From contig CP110440.1 in assembly GCA_026914245.1 (NCBI GenBank), forward strand, positions 186,001 through 250,000: DNA of 64,000 bases, in the 5' to 3' direction. The stretch comes from Puccinia triticina. Taxonomy: Eukaryota. Position 1 is the first letter of the stretch, and the number at the start of each line of letters is the position of its first letter. Below, piece by piece: positions 35,898 through 47,400 of this stretch. The translations under genes were made by a program, and so were the position numbers. The notes beneath the pieces were generated by a model, which saw only the letters and a list, made by a program, of their open reading frames with translations, was not told the DNA's origin and did no database searches.

Positions 35898-38083
35898 TTA
35901 GTAAGCGGCAGGGACGCCGCCCTTGCGACTGTCAGATGATCCGAACAAGACATTATCGGAGATCCGTTTGTGGATCCCATTGACGATTCTGTTGGAATAG
36001 AAGGATCGAGGATGAGTACATTTGCACATAAAAGGCGAGTGAGATATGGAAAACAGAGAATGAATGTGAATAAGACTGACGATGCCATCTTGGAGAATTC
36101 AATCATCGCGATCTTGTGTCCTCTCGACTTCAAACCGTCCAAGAAATCAGCTCGATAAGTCTTTTCAATAGAAGCCTATAATTTTCATGTCAAAATGTAA
36201 GAAAAACAGTCGCGCAAATTATAGATTCGAACAAACGGATGTACCTCATTCGGGAGAAGTTGGTGGTGCAGTCGCGGATCTTCAATGGCATGCGAAATGT
36301 CATATCCCCAGAGTAATTTCAGGAAAGTGCCAGCGACAGCGCCATAGATACGACTACCACCACTGGCCCCAAGCGCACAAAAGAACTCGGGTGGCTGATT
36401 TTCGAGCTGCGGTTCGTCATCCTTTTTGTTAGGCTGAGGATGTAGGTAATCAACGATGGTGGGGGCCGCCGAGCTGAGGGGTCGTTTACCGGTGACGGGA
36501 TGATTAAATGGGGAGGATAACAAGTTAAAGGCGTTTGAACGGCCTTGAACGCCGAAGTCATCATTCTGGTCGTTGAGAATAATTCCATTGACAGGGTCCA
36601 TGACGTTGGACCCGAAGTAGAGGTTAATGGTCGAGGTGAGTGAGACGACGGAACCGAAGCGATCTATGACGCTCAGATGAGTTGTCCCGTGATCCTCAAC
36701 GTTATCATACTTGGGGTTGTAGTGCGAATAGTCGTAAGTTCGGTTGTCGTCGATCTTCAGCGAGGTCTCTAGGCCGTAGGCTTTCGATCTGATCTGTTCG
36801 AGTCGCGCCAAATGGGTCGAGTTCAGGAATTTGGGGTCTCCCAATTCGGTTCGAGCTGCCGCGGCAAACTTGAGTGATTCGGCAAACCGGTGTTCGGACA
36901 ATGCGTCCCGAGGATGATGGTGTAGAGAATAACGCTCGAGGATGTTCAAGATATGTAGTAGGATCCCGCCCGATGAAGGCGCCCCGGTGGTCCAGACGTT
37001 GTATCCATGATAGGTTGTGTTGATGGCCTGTTCGATCACAGGTTGATATGATTGGAAGTCTTTCAAATCCACTCTACCGCCTTCGCGGTTGATCGTCTCG
37101 ACGAGCTGCTCGGCGATTTCGCCGTGATAGAACGGATGAATGCCTTGTTCGGCTATGATCTCGAGCGTCCTTGCGTAGTGAGGTCTTTGGATCCAGTCAC
37201 CTGATTGGGCGGGTTGATGGTTGGGCTGAAAGACCGTCTGCCATTCTGGTTTGGATTCCATCCAAGATTCTATGTCTGGGATAGAAATCTTGGACGCCAG
37301 AGCGAAACCAACTGTGAAGTTTTTGGCGAGATCGATCGAAGGTTGGAAGATCCTCTTCCAACTCACCCCACCCCCAAACCGTCGATAAGCCGCATCGAAA
37401 CCAGCCAATTCGCCAGGTATCGAGATCGATGGACCGCCGACCCCACTGACCGAAGAGTTCTTGAGGGTACTCGCTGCGAAGAAATTTCCATCGGGCATAG
37501 TCTCTCTGAAGTTGATAGCAATTGGTGTTTGAGCTGAACAAGGCTTGGTTGATGTCTGCTTACATCCAGCTGGCGGTTTAATGATCATGAACCCGCCCCC
37601 GCCAATGCCGGATGAGAAAGAGTTAACAGTACCAAGACAAAGCGCGGTAGCTATGGCTGCATCAGTTGCGGTGCCGTTATCTTTCAAGACTTTTTTTCAT
37701 ACCGCCCCAAAAAAACACAATGAGCACACTCTGCTAGGCCATTGGTGATGACTTCGTCGTCTAGAAAGCGGACTCACCATTGATACCAATTGTAGAGCAC
37801 CGAATCTCGTCACTAGCAACGACACCATTGGTTTCAGTGAGTAGATAGGCAGGTTGAGGTTCATAGGTCCATTTGGATTCAGATGAGCCTGGCCGATCTA
37901 GGATAATACAATCAAGATGAATTTTGGTTTTTGTAGTGGGAAACTGAATGATGGAGTGACTCGAATGTGCTTACCAGAACCTGAGGATTGCACGATGCAG
38001 GCCAGAGAAAAGCAAATCGAAAGCTGGAGAAAGATGAGTGCTGGATATCGTCGACCAACGCGAGGGCAGTATGGAACCATCAT
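35898..38083 (-). CDS. GGT: Gamma-glutamyltranspeptidase / glutathione hydrolase, paralog 2
   Basis: Same motifs as paralog 1 (GTTHLSVID, NDQNDDF, KRPLSSAAP, GASGGSRI, SDSRKGGVPAAY*) and matching intron positions. Hydrophobic N-terminus YPALIFLQLSICFSLACIVQS. Confidence 0.92.
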
Positions 38084-39685
38084 CTATCTCCTTGACCTGA
38101 ATCCTATGATCTTTCCCCCCCGTCTTGCCATCATTTGACTGCATGGTGCTCGAGTATTTAAACCCGAAAGCACGTTGAGTTGATCTTGATCCTTGGTGTT
38201 CAAATTTTACACTGCCCGATTTCAAATGTCAAAGTATTGACTAGCAGTAACATAGTTCGGCCACAATCGACGACAATCGTGTGCCAGCCGGAAATCGACA
38301 GTCTGAGTGTGAGTGCATCACCCGCGGGAGCCCCCGGGCTGGCCCGGGCAATCGGCTTAGCTCAGCTTAAACCCCGCCCGGCCATGTGGGAGCCCACAAG
38401 CTACGCACGCAGCAGCCAAGACCCACAGGTTAACCAAGTCGATGGCCAACTTCAAAAATCTGACAGATCTCCCACCTCCGACCGAGGACATTTTCCTTCA
38501 AGTTCAACTCCCAGTTTGGAAACCTCCATCAACCGGCCAGCAACTTCGGTGCTCGAGATGACCCAGTGACTGACGTGTCTCTACGGCCAAGTGGCCGCTT
38601 CACCGCGAAAATTTCCTCTGCACCAGGTTAGTTCCTCTTCTACATGCTGCAATCCTTCACTCCCAGTCCTCTATCCCGTCTCTCCACGTACACATCTGTT
38701 TCCGATGAGAAGGTGATGATCAAACCTTTGTCAAGCTCAACAGTCATATGGGTAGCGCCCTCTTTTCATAAGAGCGTGTCTTGTAAAACATTAGAGTCTC
38801 TCTTCTTTTTTATCAACCCCTGGATGACCACCTCTCTATTTATCTGATTCTCATCGGCGCATCCTTCCCCTGATTCTTGGCCCCCACTTTTTTCGACTTC
38901 TTTTCTTTCCTCTTTCGACGCTTTGGCTGATTTTTCGCTTTCCTTCTTCGGCCCCCTTCTCACCAGGCACTCCGACTCAGCTGATCGGTAGAGCCCATGA
39001 ACGTAATCTTCTGGGGCAGAAGCGTTGTAATCCAACCAATCAACGACCAGTCGACAGTCCCGAATGGCATATTGTGAAGTGCTCGAGCAGGATGGAATAT
39101 TTTCCGAACAGATCCATTGGTCTTGATCAGCTGGCAAAACAAAGAGTCCCAACATACTGCGCCCTGTCGCTTCGCCTCGCAACGACAAACCCGACTGGCT
39201 ATACGACCAACTAATCGTAGCTTGTGGTGCGTGCTTAAGTCGAAGTGGCACCGCTGTTACGTGTTTGGTCTTGAAGAGGTTTTGGGGGCTTCGATCGGTC
39301 GGCATAATGGAAGCACCTCTTGTCTGTGTATCCGAATATAGCTGTCCTCTCTCAATCAGCCCAGTATTGTTCTACAGTTACTTGTTTTTTCGCTGTTTTT
39401 GTTCATAGATGCATGAAGGTAATTGATCAAACTTGAGTCCATTCTACATATGAGCATCTCCAGCCAGGGCATAGCACATCAAATCGAATTGATTTGAGTA
39501 TTCGTAATCGAATTCGATTCGAGTCAAATAATGTCTGGGCTAATGTAAGCTCGAATATTCGAAAAAATTCGAATAATCGCTCAAAGGGGCGCGTAGAGGG
39601 CCAATGCAAGCTTCTCTGGGGCCCAAAGGCCCCAGATGAGTTTGCACAGGCCCTATACCAGCCCCTTTGGTGCAACACAAAAAAA

Positions 39686-39781
39686 ATCTGCCTCTGGCAC
39701 TTTGAAAAGTGTGTCCGCCACTACAAAAAGTGTGTCTGCCAGAAAAGTGCATCTGCCACGATGAAAAGTGAGTCCGCCACT
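39686..39781 (+). repeat. 21-bp tandem array (AAAAGTGCGTCTGCCACTATG-like), left half
   Basis: About 4-5 degenerate units; the array resumes at 50791 after the insertion. Confidence 0.8.
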
Positions 39782-41261
39782 GGAGGACTTCCCTTTGATT
39801 TACAAGGCTGTGTAAAGTCAGATCTGGCACTTGTAAAGCCAGATTTTTACACACTGGTTTTACACTTTTCAGCGGCTAGATCAAACTAGAACATCCCTCT
39901 TGATGGCTGGTACAGACCGAGCTTAACAAAGCCTCTCTGGAGGAGAGCCCCGCAGGGTCTCTGTCTCACAGAGAGGCTTGCCCCCAAGCGTCAAGCTTTG
40001 GTGTGAGTCCTGACGCGCCTAAGACTTGGCAAACCCCCATTTTTTACTAGATCCTTTATTACACAACCCCAGCTGCTCGGATTGGGTCATGAGTGACATG
40101 GCCTTGGAGCCTAGCTTCTTCCGCAGGCATTCATCCACTCTTACTTCAACAAATCCCCCATGGGGCTCCTGGATAAAGCTGTGACCCGGGGTTCGGGACG
40201 GGGGGTGAGACTCATCCCGACGCCCGTATCCGAGTTTACCCGGGTAGACACCGAAACACCCGGGTGTTCTTCTTTTTTTTTGTCGATGTGTTACCAGCGC
40301 CCACCAGCGCCAGATACTGCTTCTTGAAAAACCCTCAGAACATCTCCCTGAAGCTGCAGCGCCATGAAGAGGAAGCGAACCCCAGCTCAACCTAACCCCG
40401 AGCCAGAAACACCAGATCCTACTCCAAAAACTGTGATTGAAGTCAACGGAGATAGCGACTCAGACCAAGGCAACATTTCTAGGACGCAGAATTCGCACCG
40501 CAGTTGGGTTTGGACTCACTTGAAGCAGTGTGATGGAGTGGCAATCTGCCAGGTCGTCCTCAAGAATGGCAAGATTTGTGGTCAGAAGCTCAAGAGAGAC
40601 AAAAGTGCAAGCACAAAAAACTTACACGAACATTTGAAGAAAATCCATCACCTTGCCGATCCAAAGCTTGTGAAGAAGGCTGGGAGCTCGCACATTGATA
40701 TGGAAAAATGGGCAAAGAATTCTAAGTTTGTTGCCAAGGTGAGTTGATTTGCAATTTTTTGAGCTTTTGACTTGCTGGATTTATGAGCCACTTATCAACT
40801 CCTTTTTCTAGGCCGAGCTCAATAATGAGACACTTAAAACTGCTCTTGTAAACCTAATCGCCAAGTGTGATCTTTCATTTTCTATTGTTGAAAAGAAGTC
40901 TTTCCGCGATCTTATACGCCTGGTGAATGAAGATGCGATGCCGTTGATGGATAATACATCCCAATCAGGGGTTTCTAACCATCTCTCTCGAATGTTTATG
41001 GCGTCACAAGAGAATCTCAAGCTTAGATATTTAGCAAAACAAGATCATCTTGCATTTACCGAGGATGCGTGGACAGCCCCAAATTATACTGCTTACATGG
41101 CAGTAACCGCACACTTCATAACCGAGAGCTTTGAGCTGGTAGATTTAACCATTGCAATTCCAAATGTGCAAGGCAAGTCTTAATTTCATTTTTGAATTTC
41201 TCATCATTCTTTTTCTGACTGTCATGTTTTTGTTCTTAGGCAGCCATAGCGGGAAAAATTT

Positions 41262-42194
41262 GGGTCAGGCTTTAGGCACGCCAAAGAAATGCCGGATGCA
41301 CGCCAAAAAAGGCGTGAACTCCGGACCACTCCAAGATTTTTGGAGTGGAGGATTGTTCACTCCAAAACCAGCCCCCATTTGGAGTGCCCAACCCGGCACT
41401 CCAGGCTGGTATGGAGTGAACACCCTGCCACGCCAAAACCAGCCCCCCCTCGATGGCCGGTCTGCGCCGGCCATCGAGGGCAGTATGTACACTCGATGAC
41501 CGGTCTATGGACCGGTCATCGAGAGGATTCATCCCTCTCGATGGGACACACCCCTCTCGATGACCGGTTTGTACCGGTCATCAAGAGGACACACCCCTCT
41601 TGATGACCGGCATAGACCGGTCATCGAGAGGATCCCGGTCATCTAGAGGACAGATCCCTCTTGATGACCGGGATAGACCGGTCATCAAGAGGACACACCC
41701 CTCTTGATGACCGGTACAAACCAGTCATCGAGAGGGATGGATCCTCTCGATGACCGGTCTATGCCGGTCATCAAGAGGGGTGTGTCCTCTTGATGACCGG
41801 TACAAACCGGTCATCGAGAGGGGTGTGTCCCATCGAGAGGGATGAATCCTCTCGATGACCGGTCTATGCCGGTCATCGAGAGGAGTGTGTCTCTCGATGA
41901 CCGGTCTTGCCGGTCATCGAGAGGGGTGTGTCCGCTCGATGACCGGCCTGTGCCGGTCATCGAGTGTACATACTGCCCTCGATGGCCGGCGCAGACCGGC
42001 CATCGAGGGGGGGCTGGTTTTGGCGTGGCAGGGTGTTCACTCCATACCAGCCTGGAGTGCCGGGTTGGGCACTCCAAATGGGGGCTGGTTTTGGAGTGAA
42101 CAATCCTCCACTCCAAAAATCTTGGAGTGGTCCGGAGTTCACGCCTTTTTTGGCGTGCATCCGGCATTTTTTTGGCGTGCCTAAAGGCCGACCC
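41262..42194. mobile_element. Foldback / Mutator-like MITE, near-perfect 933-bp palindrome
   Basis: Ends GGGTC.GGC.TTTAGGCACGCC / GGCGTGCCTAAAGGCCGACCC; over 230 bp of near-identical inverted arms around CTCTCGATGACCGG repeats; 8-bp TSD AAAAATTT at 41254-61 and 42195-202. Confidence 0.9.
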
Positions 42195-42275
42195 AAAAAT
42201 TTTGCTGAATTATTCTACGATGTTCTTGAGAAATACAACTGCACCTCGAAGATACACACAATCACGGCTGACAAT

Positions 42276-42697
42276 TGTAGCCGTGCTACAATTGGCTACG
42301 CGACAGGCGCCCATACTAGGGGCGCGCTGTACGCGTGTTAGGTTTTTCCGGCTCCGGCTCCGGCTCCGCACGAGCCAGGAGTTAGAGGTGCCGAAGCCCC
42401 TGCGTACTGCACGCAAGGGGTTGTTGGTTTTGTTTCTTCTTTCTTTTCTCAGACAAGGCGTGACCTGTACACGCCCATATTGTCTGTACCGTTGAATTAT
42501 CATTCATCGTTTTCTTCTTGTTGTTTGGTTCTCTTTTCCATTGTCGGCCCTTATAAAAGGGCCTCTCTTGTATGTCTGTTTCCCGCATCCATCCCCTGTC
42601 GTTGGAAATCCAGACACCTCTTCTTTGTCATTTAGCCGCGTGTAGCTTTGCTCCGCCGCAGGCCCATTTTCATAGCCTTGTAGCCTGCCCGACTACA
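42276..42697 (+). mobile_element. Solo LTR (422 bp)
   Basis: TGTAG...CTACA termini, 4-bp TSD CAAT at 42272-75 and 42698-701, TATAAAAG near 42552. Removal restores the transposase TADNATTN. Confidence 0.85.
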
Positions 42698-43197
42698 CAA
42701 TGCGACAACTAACAATAAGATGGCTAAAGATATAGAACTTCAAATTCCTGGATTCGATACCAAGAAGCAGTTACTCGGCTGTATTGCGCATGTTATTAAC
42801 CTTGGAGCTCAGGCGGGCTTGAGTGTGCTAGGAACTGGCCTTCAAGACAAAGCCACTCAAGAACTTTCGAGTTCAGAAATGAATTCATCGACCAATGTTG
42901 AGGATCTTGAGCCTGAGGATCAACGATTGGCTCAATCCGTCGCGAGGGTCACCAGCTTACCCACTCAATCTGATGGAACCAGCTTAAACTTGAAAACAAT
43001 TCTCAAGCGAGTGCATGGGCTATGTAACTTTGTCCGTTTCTCTCCCCAACGGCGAGAACGGTTCAAGGCAGTTGTCACTTTTCTGCCGCGAACCACAAAA
43101 AACACCACTTTACGCGTCGACATTTCTCAACACTCCACCCCCTCCCCCTACTCATCAGAAAAGTTCTTTTCCCACTCCCCTTCCCCCCAGGCAGCCT

Positions 43198-44469
43198 ATG
43201 CTTCCTGCACATCGCCCCCCCGACCCAATCCGACCGCCCGACGCGCCCATCGCAGGCGATTCGGAGATGATGGACGACATCGAGGCCCGCCTTCCACCTC
43301 GCCCGCCTACCATGCCCCCCGCGTCCAGCCTCCACATACTCCTGACCAAGATTCTTGGCGAAGACGCGAACCGTGAAGCGAACGGCGGGGTTTTTCTAGA
43401 CGCCAAGTTCGTGCAACTTATCCTTGATCTCTCGGCCAACAACGAGAGGATGATTCAGCGTCTGGAGGCCACGGTCGACCAACTCAACGCCAAGGTCGAT
43501 GCCAAGGTCGATCCCATAATCGAGCGGATGGCTGAATTCGAGAAAATGTTGAAGGCTGGCCCCAAACCTGTAGCGAGCACGGGCAAATCTTTTGCGTCCG
43601 TCGCGTCGACGGCCCTCGATGGCTCCATCCACGCGCCGACGACGCGTCCTCCACCCAAACAGGTCATCGCATCTCTGAAGCCGAAGCGGGTTATCATCCA
43701 CTCGAACCCGGCTAGCACGGAGGTGAAGAAAATGCCCAGCGGGGCTTTGGTTCAGAAGGCGAACGAGGCCTTGCTTGGCTTAGATGCTCGTGTCGACGGG
43801 GAGCAGGTTGCGATCAGAGGAGCCAGCGTGCTCCCCTCCGGAGACGTTTCCTTCTATACGAAGAACAGGACTCATCAGAAATGGTTAATGGACAACAAGC
43901 ATGCCTGGTCCAAAACCGTACACCCCGATCTTGAGGCGACCCCGAGCACATACTCGGTCATGGCGCATGGAGTCCCCAGGAGCTTCGACATTGGCAAACC
44001 GACGAGTCTAGCGCAATTGGCTTCCGAGAATGGCTTCCAGGCGAGTGATTTGGCTCGTGTCAGGTGGATGGGCTCGAGCGAGCCGACAGCAAAGAAAGCC
44101 GGTTCCATTGTCCTGGCCTTTACCAGCAAAGATCTCGCGTCTAGGATCGAGAAAGCAGGTGTTTTTCTGAATTACGACTTCCATAGGACGGAGCGTTTCA
44201 AGCCGCGCCCCCCGCAATGCTTCAAATGTCTAAGAATGGGACATTTCGGCAAATGGTGTCGTGAGTCTGCCCGATGCGCCAAATGTGCAAACAGCCACCC
44301 AACAAACGAGTGCCCCGAAGGCATTGGCGGTGTCGAAACCTGCGTTCTCTGCAAGGCTGGTCTCAAGAACAAGACAGAAGGCATCAACAGCGTCGATCAC
44401 ACACCTTTCAGCATGGCCTGCCCGTACAAGAAGGCCTGGTTCGATAAGAAACCCCTGCCCTCTCAATGA
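43198..44469 (+). CDS. LINE ORF1 (gag-like, coiled coil + CCHC zinc knuckles)
   Basis: CFKCLRMGHFGKWC, CAKCANSHPTNEC and CVLC...H...C knuckles; first ATG inside the element is at 43198; stop overlaps the ORF2 start (ATGA). Confidence 0.9.
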   Translation: MLPAHRPPDPIRPPDAPIAGDSEMMDDIEARLPPRPPTMPPASSLHILLTKILGEDANREANGGVFLDAKFVQLILDLSANNERMIQRLEATVDQLNAKVDAKVDPIIERMAEFEKMLKAGPKPVASTGKSFASVASTALDGSIHAPTTRPPPKQVIASLKPKRVIIHSNPASTEVKKMPSGALVQKANEALLGLDARVDGEQVAIRGASVLPSGDVSFYTKNRTHQKWLMDNKHAWSKTVHPDLEATPSTYSVMAHGVPRSFDIGKPTSLAQLASENGFQASDLARVRWMGSSEPTAKKAGSIVLAFTSKDLASRIEKAGVFLNYDFHRTERFKPRPPQCFKCLRMGHFGKWCRESARCAKCANSHPTNECPEGIGGVETCVLCKAGLKNKTEGINSVDHTPFSMACPYKKAWFDKKPLPSQ

Positions 44470-47400
44470 TAGGTACACCTCCGGTAACCCTTGACCAGCC
44501 CCACCACACACACCAACCACCGTCTCAAACACCTCCGCGTGCTATCCGCCCCGAACTCATCCAAACCGCTGATTTCCGTCAAGACCTTGAACCGTCGTCC
44601 GCTTCCCCCCTCTCCAATCCTGAATCCTCATCCTTTCTGCATCTGAACTGCCACGTCTCCAAGGCTGTAACGCTAAGTGTTCTCAATTCCTGTCTCTCGT
44701 TTGATTTTCTCCTTCTTCAAGAACCGTGGATCAACTCGGTCACCCTCCAACCACCTCAACACTCGGCATGGCGGGCGTTTGTAGCCTATGAACATGTTCC
44801 TAGCTGCTGGAATCAGAGACATAAGACTGTCATCTATGTACAGCGCTCGATCCCCTCCGAGTCAATTAGACTTCTGGAGGGGGGCTCCCAGAACCTGGTC
44901 GGGGTGGAAATCACTCACCCGACTGGGAAGGTTTTTCGACTTTTGAATATTTATAATCCCCCATCTTCACTCCCTTCAGTTGCAGAGCTCAAAGACTGGC
45001 TGTCTTCCTTTTATTCTAGGCAACACCCAATGATTATTGCTATGGATGCAAACTTGCACCATCAGCACTGGAACCCCCCGGGTTGTAGGAAAACGGAGCC
45101 CGAGGCTAGAGACCTGCTAAGTTCCCTTTCATCTTCTGGTTTTCGGATAGCGTCTCCCAGACACGTCCCCACTTTTTTCTCATCCAAAGGAAGAGGTTCA
45201 ACTATTGACCTGATATGGGCAAATTTTTTAGGCTCCAAACTGCTGGAGACGGTCTCGGTGTCAAGCGAGAACTTCGGATCGGACCACCAAGCCCTGCGTG
45301 CCACCTTGCGGATGAGCCGTCCAGCCCCGACCTATCATTGGCGACTCCCCAGATGGACAGAGCTGGATAGCGGGAAACTGGAATCCCTATCTGCTGAGTT
45401 GTCCTCAATTTCAACCACATTGCCCTCAGATCCCAACGCACAAGCTGAAGCCCTGACCTCTTTTCTTCAACGGGCCCAGGAGCAGCTCGGCCGCCGGACA
45501 CGGTCCAACAAGGCCAAGGCCAAGCCCTGGTGGTGTAGCAAGACCCTTGACCCGGTTCTACGAACCTGCAACCAAGCCCGGCGCTGTATGTTATTAGCTA
45601 AGTCACCAGAGGCATGTGAATGCTACCGACAGTGGAATGACTATTTCCTCTCCCTGGTTAACTCTTTGAAACAGCGTAACTGGCGGAAACTTCTGGAAGA
45701 TCCGTCCGAAGGGGATCTGTTTCGTGTTCTACGCTTCACATCCAAGTCGGTAGGGGGAGAAGTTCTCCCACTGAAAGGTCATGACGGGGCCATTGTACAC
45801 GACAAGAACGAGCAAGCTGAGTTGCTGTTTAGAGGCACGTCTGCCCCTGATGTACCGATTGACTTGGCAGATATTTGCTTTGATTTGTCCTGCAGGTTCG
45901 GCAGTTACCCTCCAGTAACAAGGGAGGAAGTCCGCTCGGCCATCCGGAGGATCCGTCCTAAAAAGGCACCAGGGATTGACGGGACAGCGAATGAGCTTCT
46001 TAAGTCTCTTTCAGACCCTCTCTCGGAAACTCTGTCAGTTTTGTACAATAACATACTAATAACTAGTAAATTCCCTGCTTCTTGGAAGGTAGCGGTGACC
46101 ACTATCATCCGGAAACAGGGTAAACCGGACTACACCAACCCGTCGGCCTACCGACCGATTGCTCTCCTTGGCACATCGAGCAAGCTCTTTGAGCTAATCC
46201 TGGCTAGACGACTAACGGTGTGGGCCGAGAGGTCGGGAGTGCTGGCAGAAGGCCACTTTGCAGGAAGGAAGGGTTTGGGGACGGAGGATGCGATCTTCTC
46301 CCTGGAGCACTGGGTCAAGACAAAGTGGAGGGAGGGTAAAGTAGTGGCAGGCCTGTTCTTGGATGTCAAGTTGGCCTACCCCTCAGTCCACCCGGCCAGG
46401 CTGATCAATTACCTATTTGAAATGAACTGCCCAACGTACCTTGTGCTAACTATTGCGGATTTCTTGAAAGATAGATCGACAACCATCAGACTGGATGATT
46501 TTGTCTCCAAGGCCTTCCCGATCCGGATTGGACTACCGCAAGGATCCCCGCTTTTGGTTATTCTATATATCCTGTATAATAACTCGCTGCTGAAGAAATC
46601 TTTTTCGACTTCCCTAGACTCTGTCTCTATAGGTTATGTGGACGATGTCGTCCATCTGGTTGCGGGATACTCGGCTGAGACAGCAAGGGCGGGTTTGATT
46701 GAAGAGGGCATTCGCTCACTCCGATGGGGTGAGACTCATGGGGCTTTCTTTGACCAGGCAAAAGCTCAGTTTCTTTGGCTAACTAAGGGTAAGGCTCTGG
46801 ATGGAGCTTTACCATTTGGGGCCTTTCAACTGGAGCCGATGTCAGAGGTTAAGTGGCTTGGAGTTTGGTTGGACAGGAAACTTCTGTTCAACCGTAACTT
46901 TAAAGCCCTGGAAGAGAAGGCTCACAAAACGATTAACCAGCTAAAGATTTTTGGCACCTCACGCTGGGGGACTAGGGAGGTGGATCGTGTTAAACTGATT
47001 AAATGTGTGCTTTTCCCCAGGATCACGTACGGGGCGGCTGTATGGGCCACAAAGTCTAATAAGGGCAAGGTTGCAAATCTGGCCAGCAAGGTGGATCGAC
47101 TGGCGGGAATCTTCACTCTGGGGGTTTTCAAGTCAACACCAAATGTGTTCATCCAGAGGAGATTGGCGCTGCCGTTTTTCTTGGATGAAATCTTACGGAC
47201 AAGTTTTTCTTTCTTCTTTAGGAAGATTGTGATGATCAAAGCTAACAATGTGGTTCGATCATCCATTCTCTCTAGTAGGGCTGACTCCTCAGTGCGATAT
47301 GCGGACTCGGCGCAGAGTGGCCTGGCAACGGGTAATGTGGACAGGGCCATGGAATTGGACCCAGAACTCATACACATTGATTTTAACTTTGGATCCGGCT

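Noticed and set aside
38766..39305. 179-aa minus-strand ORF
   Set aside because: No recognisable motif or clear gene structure. It could be an orphan or a TE relic; I cannot support it.
41265..42196. Identical ORFs on opposite strands (MPDARQKRRE..., MYILPSMAG...)
   Set aside because: A consequence of the foldback palindrome, not genes.
43015..43197. N-terminal extension of the 484-aa ORF
   Set aside because: It crosses the LINE 5' junction into hAT sequence in another frame; ORF1 more plausibly starts at 43198.
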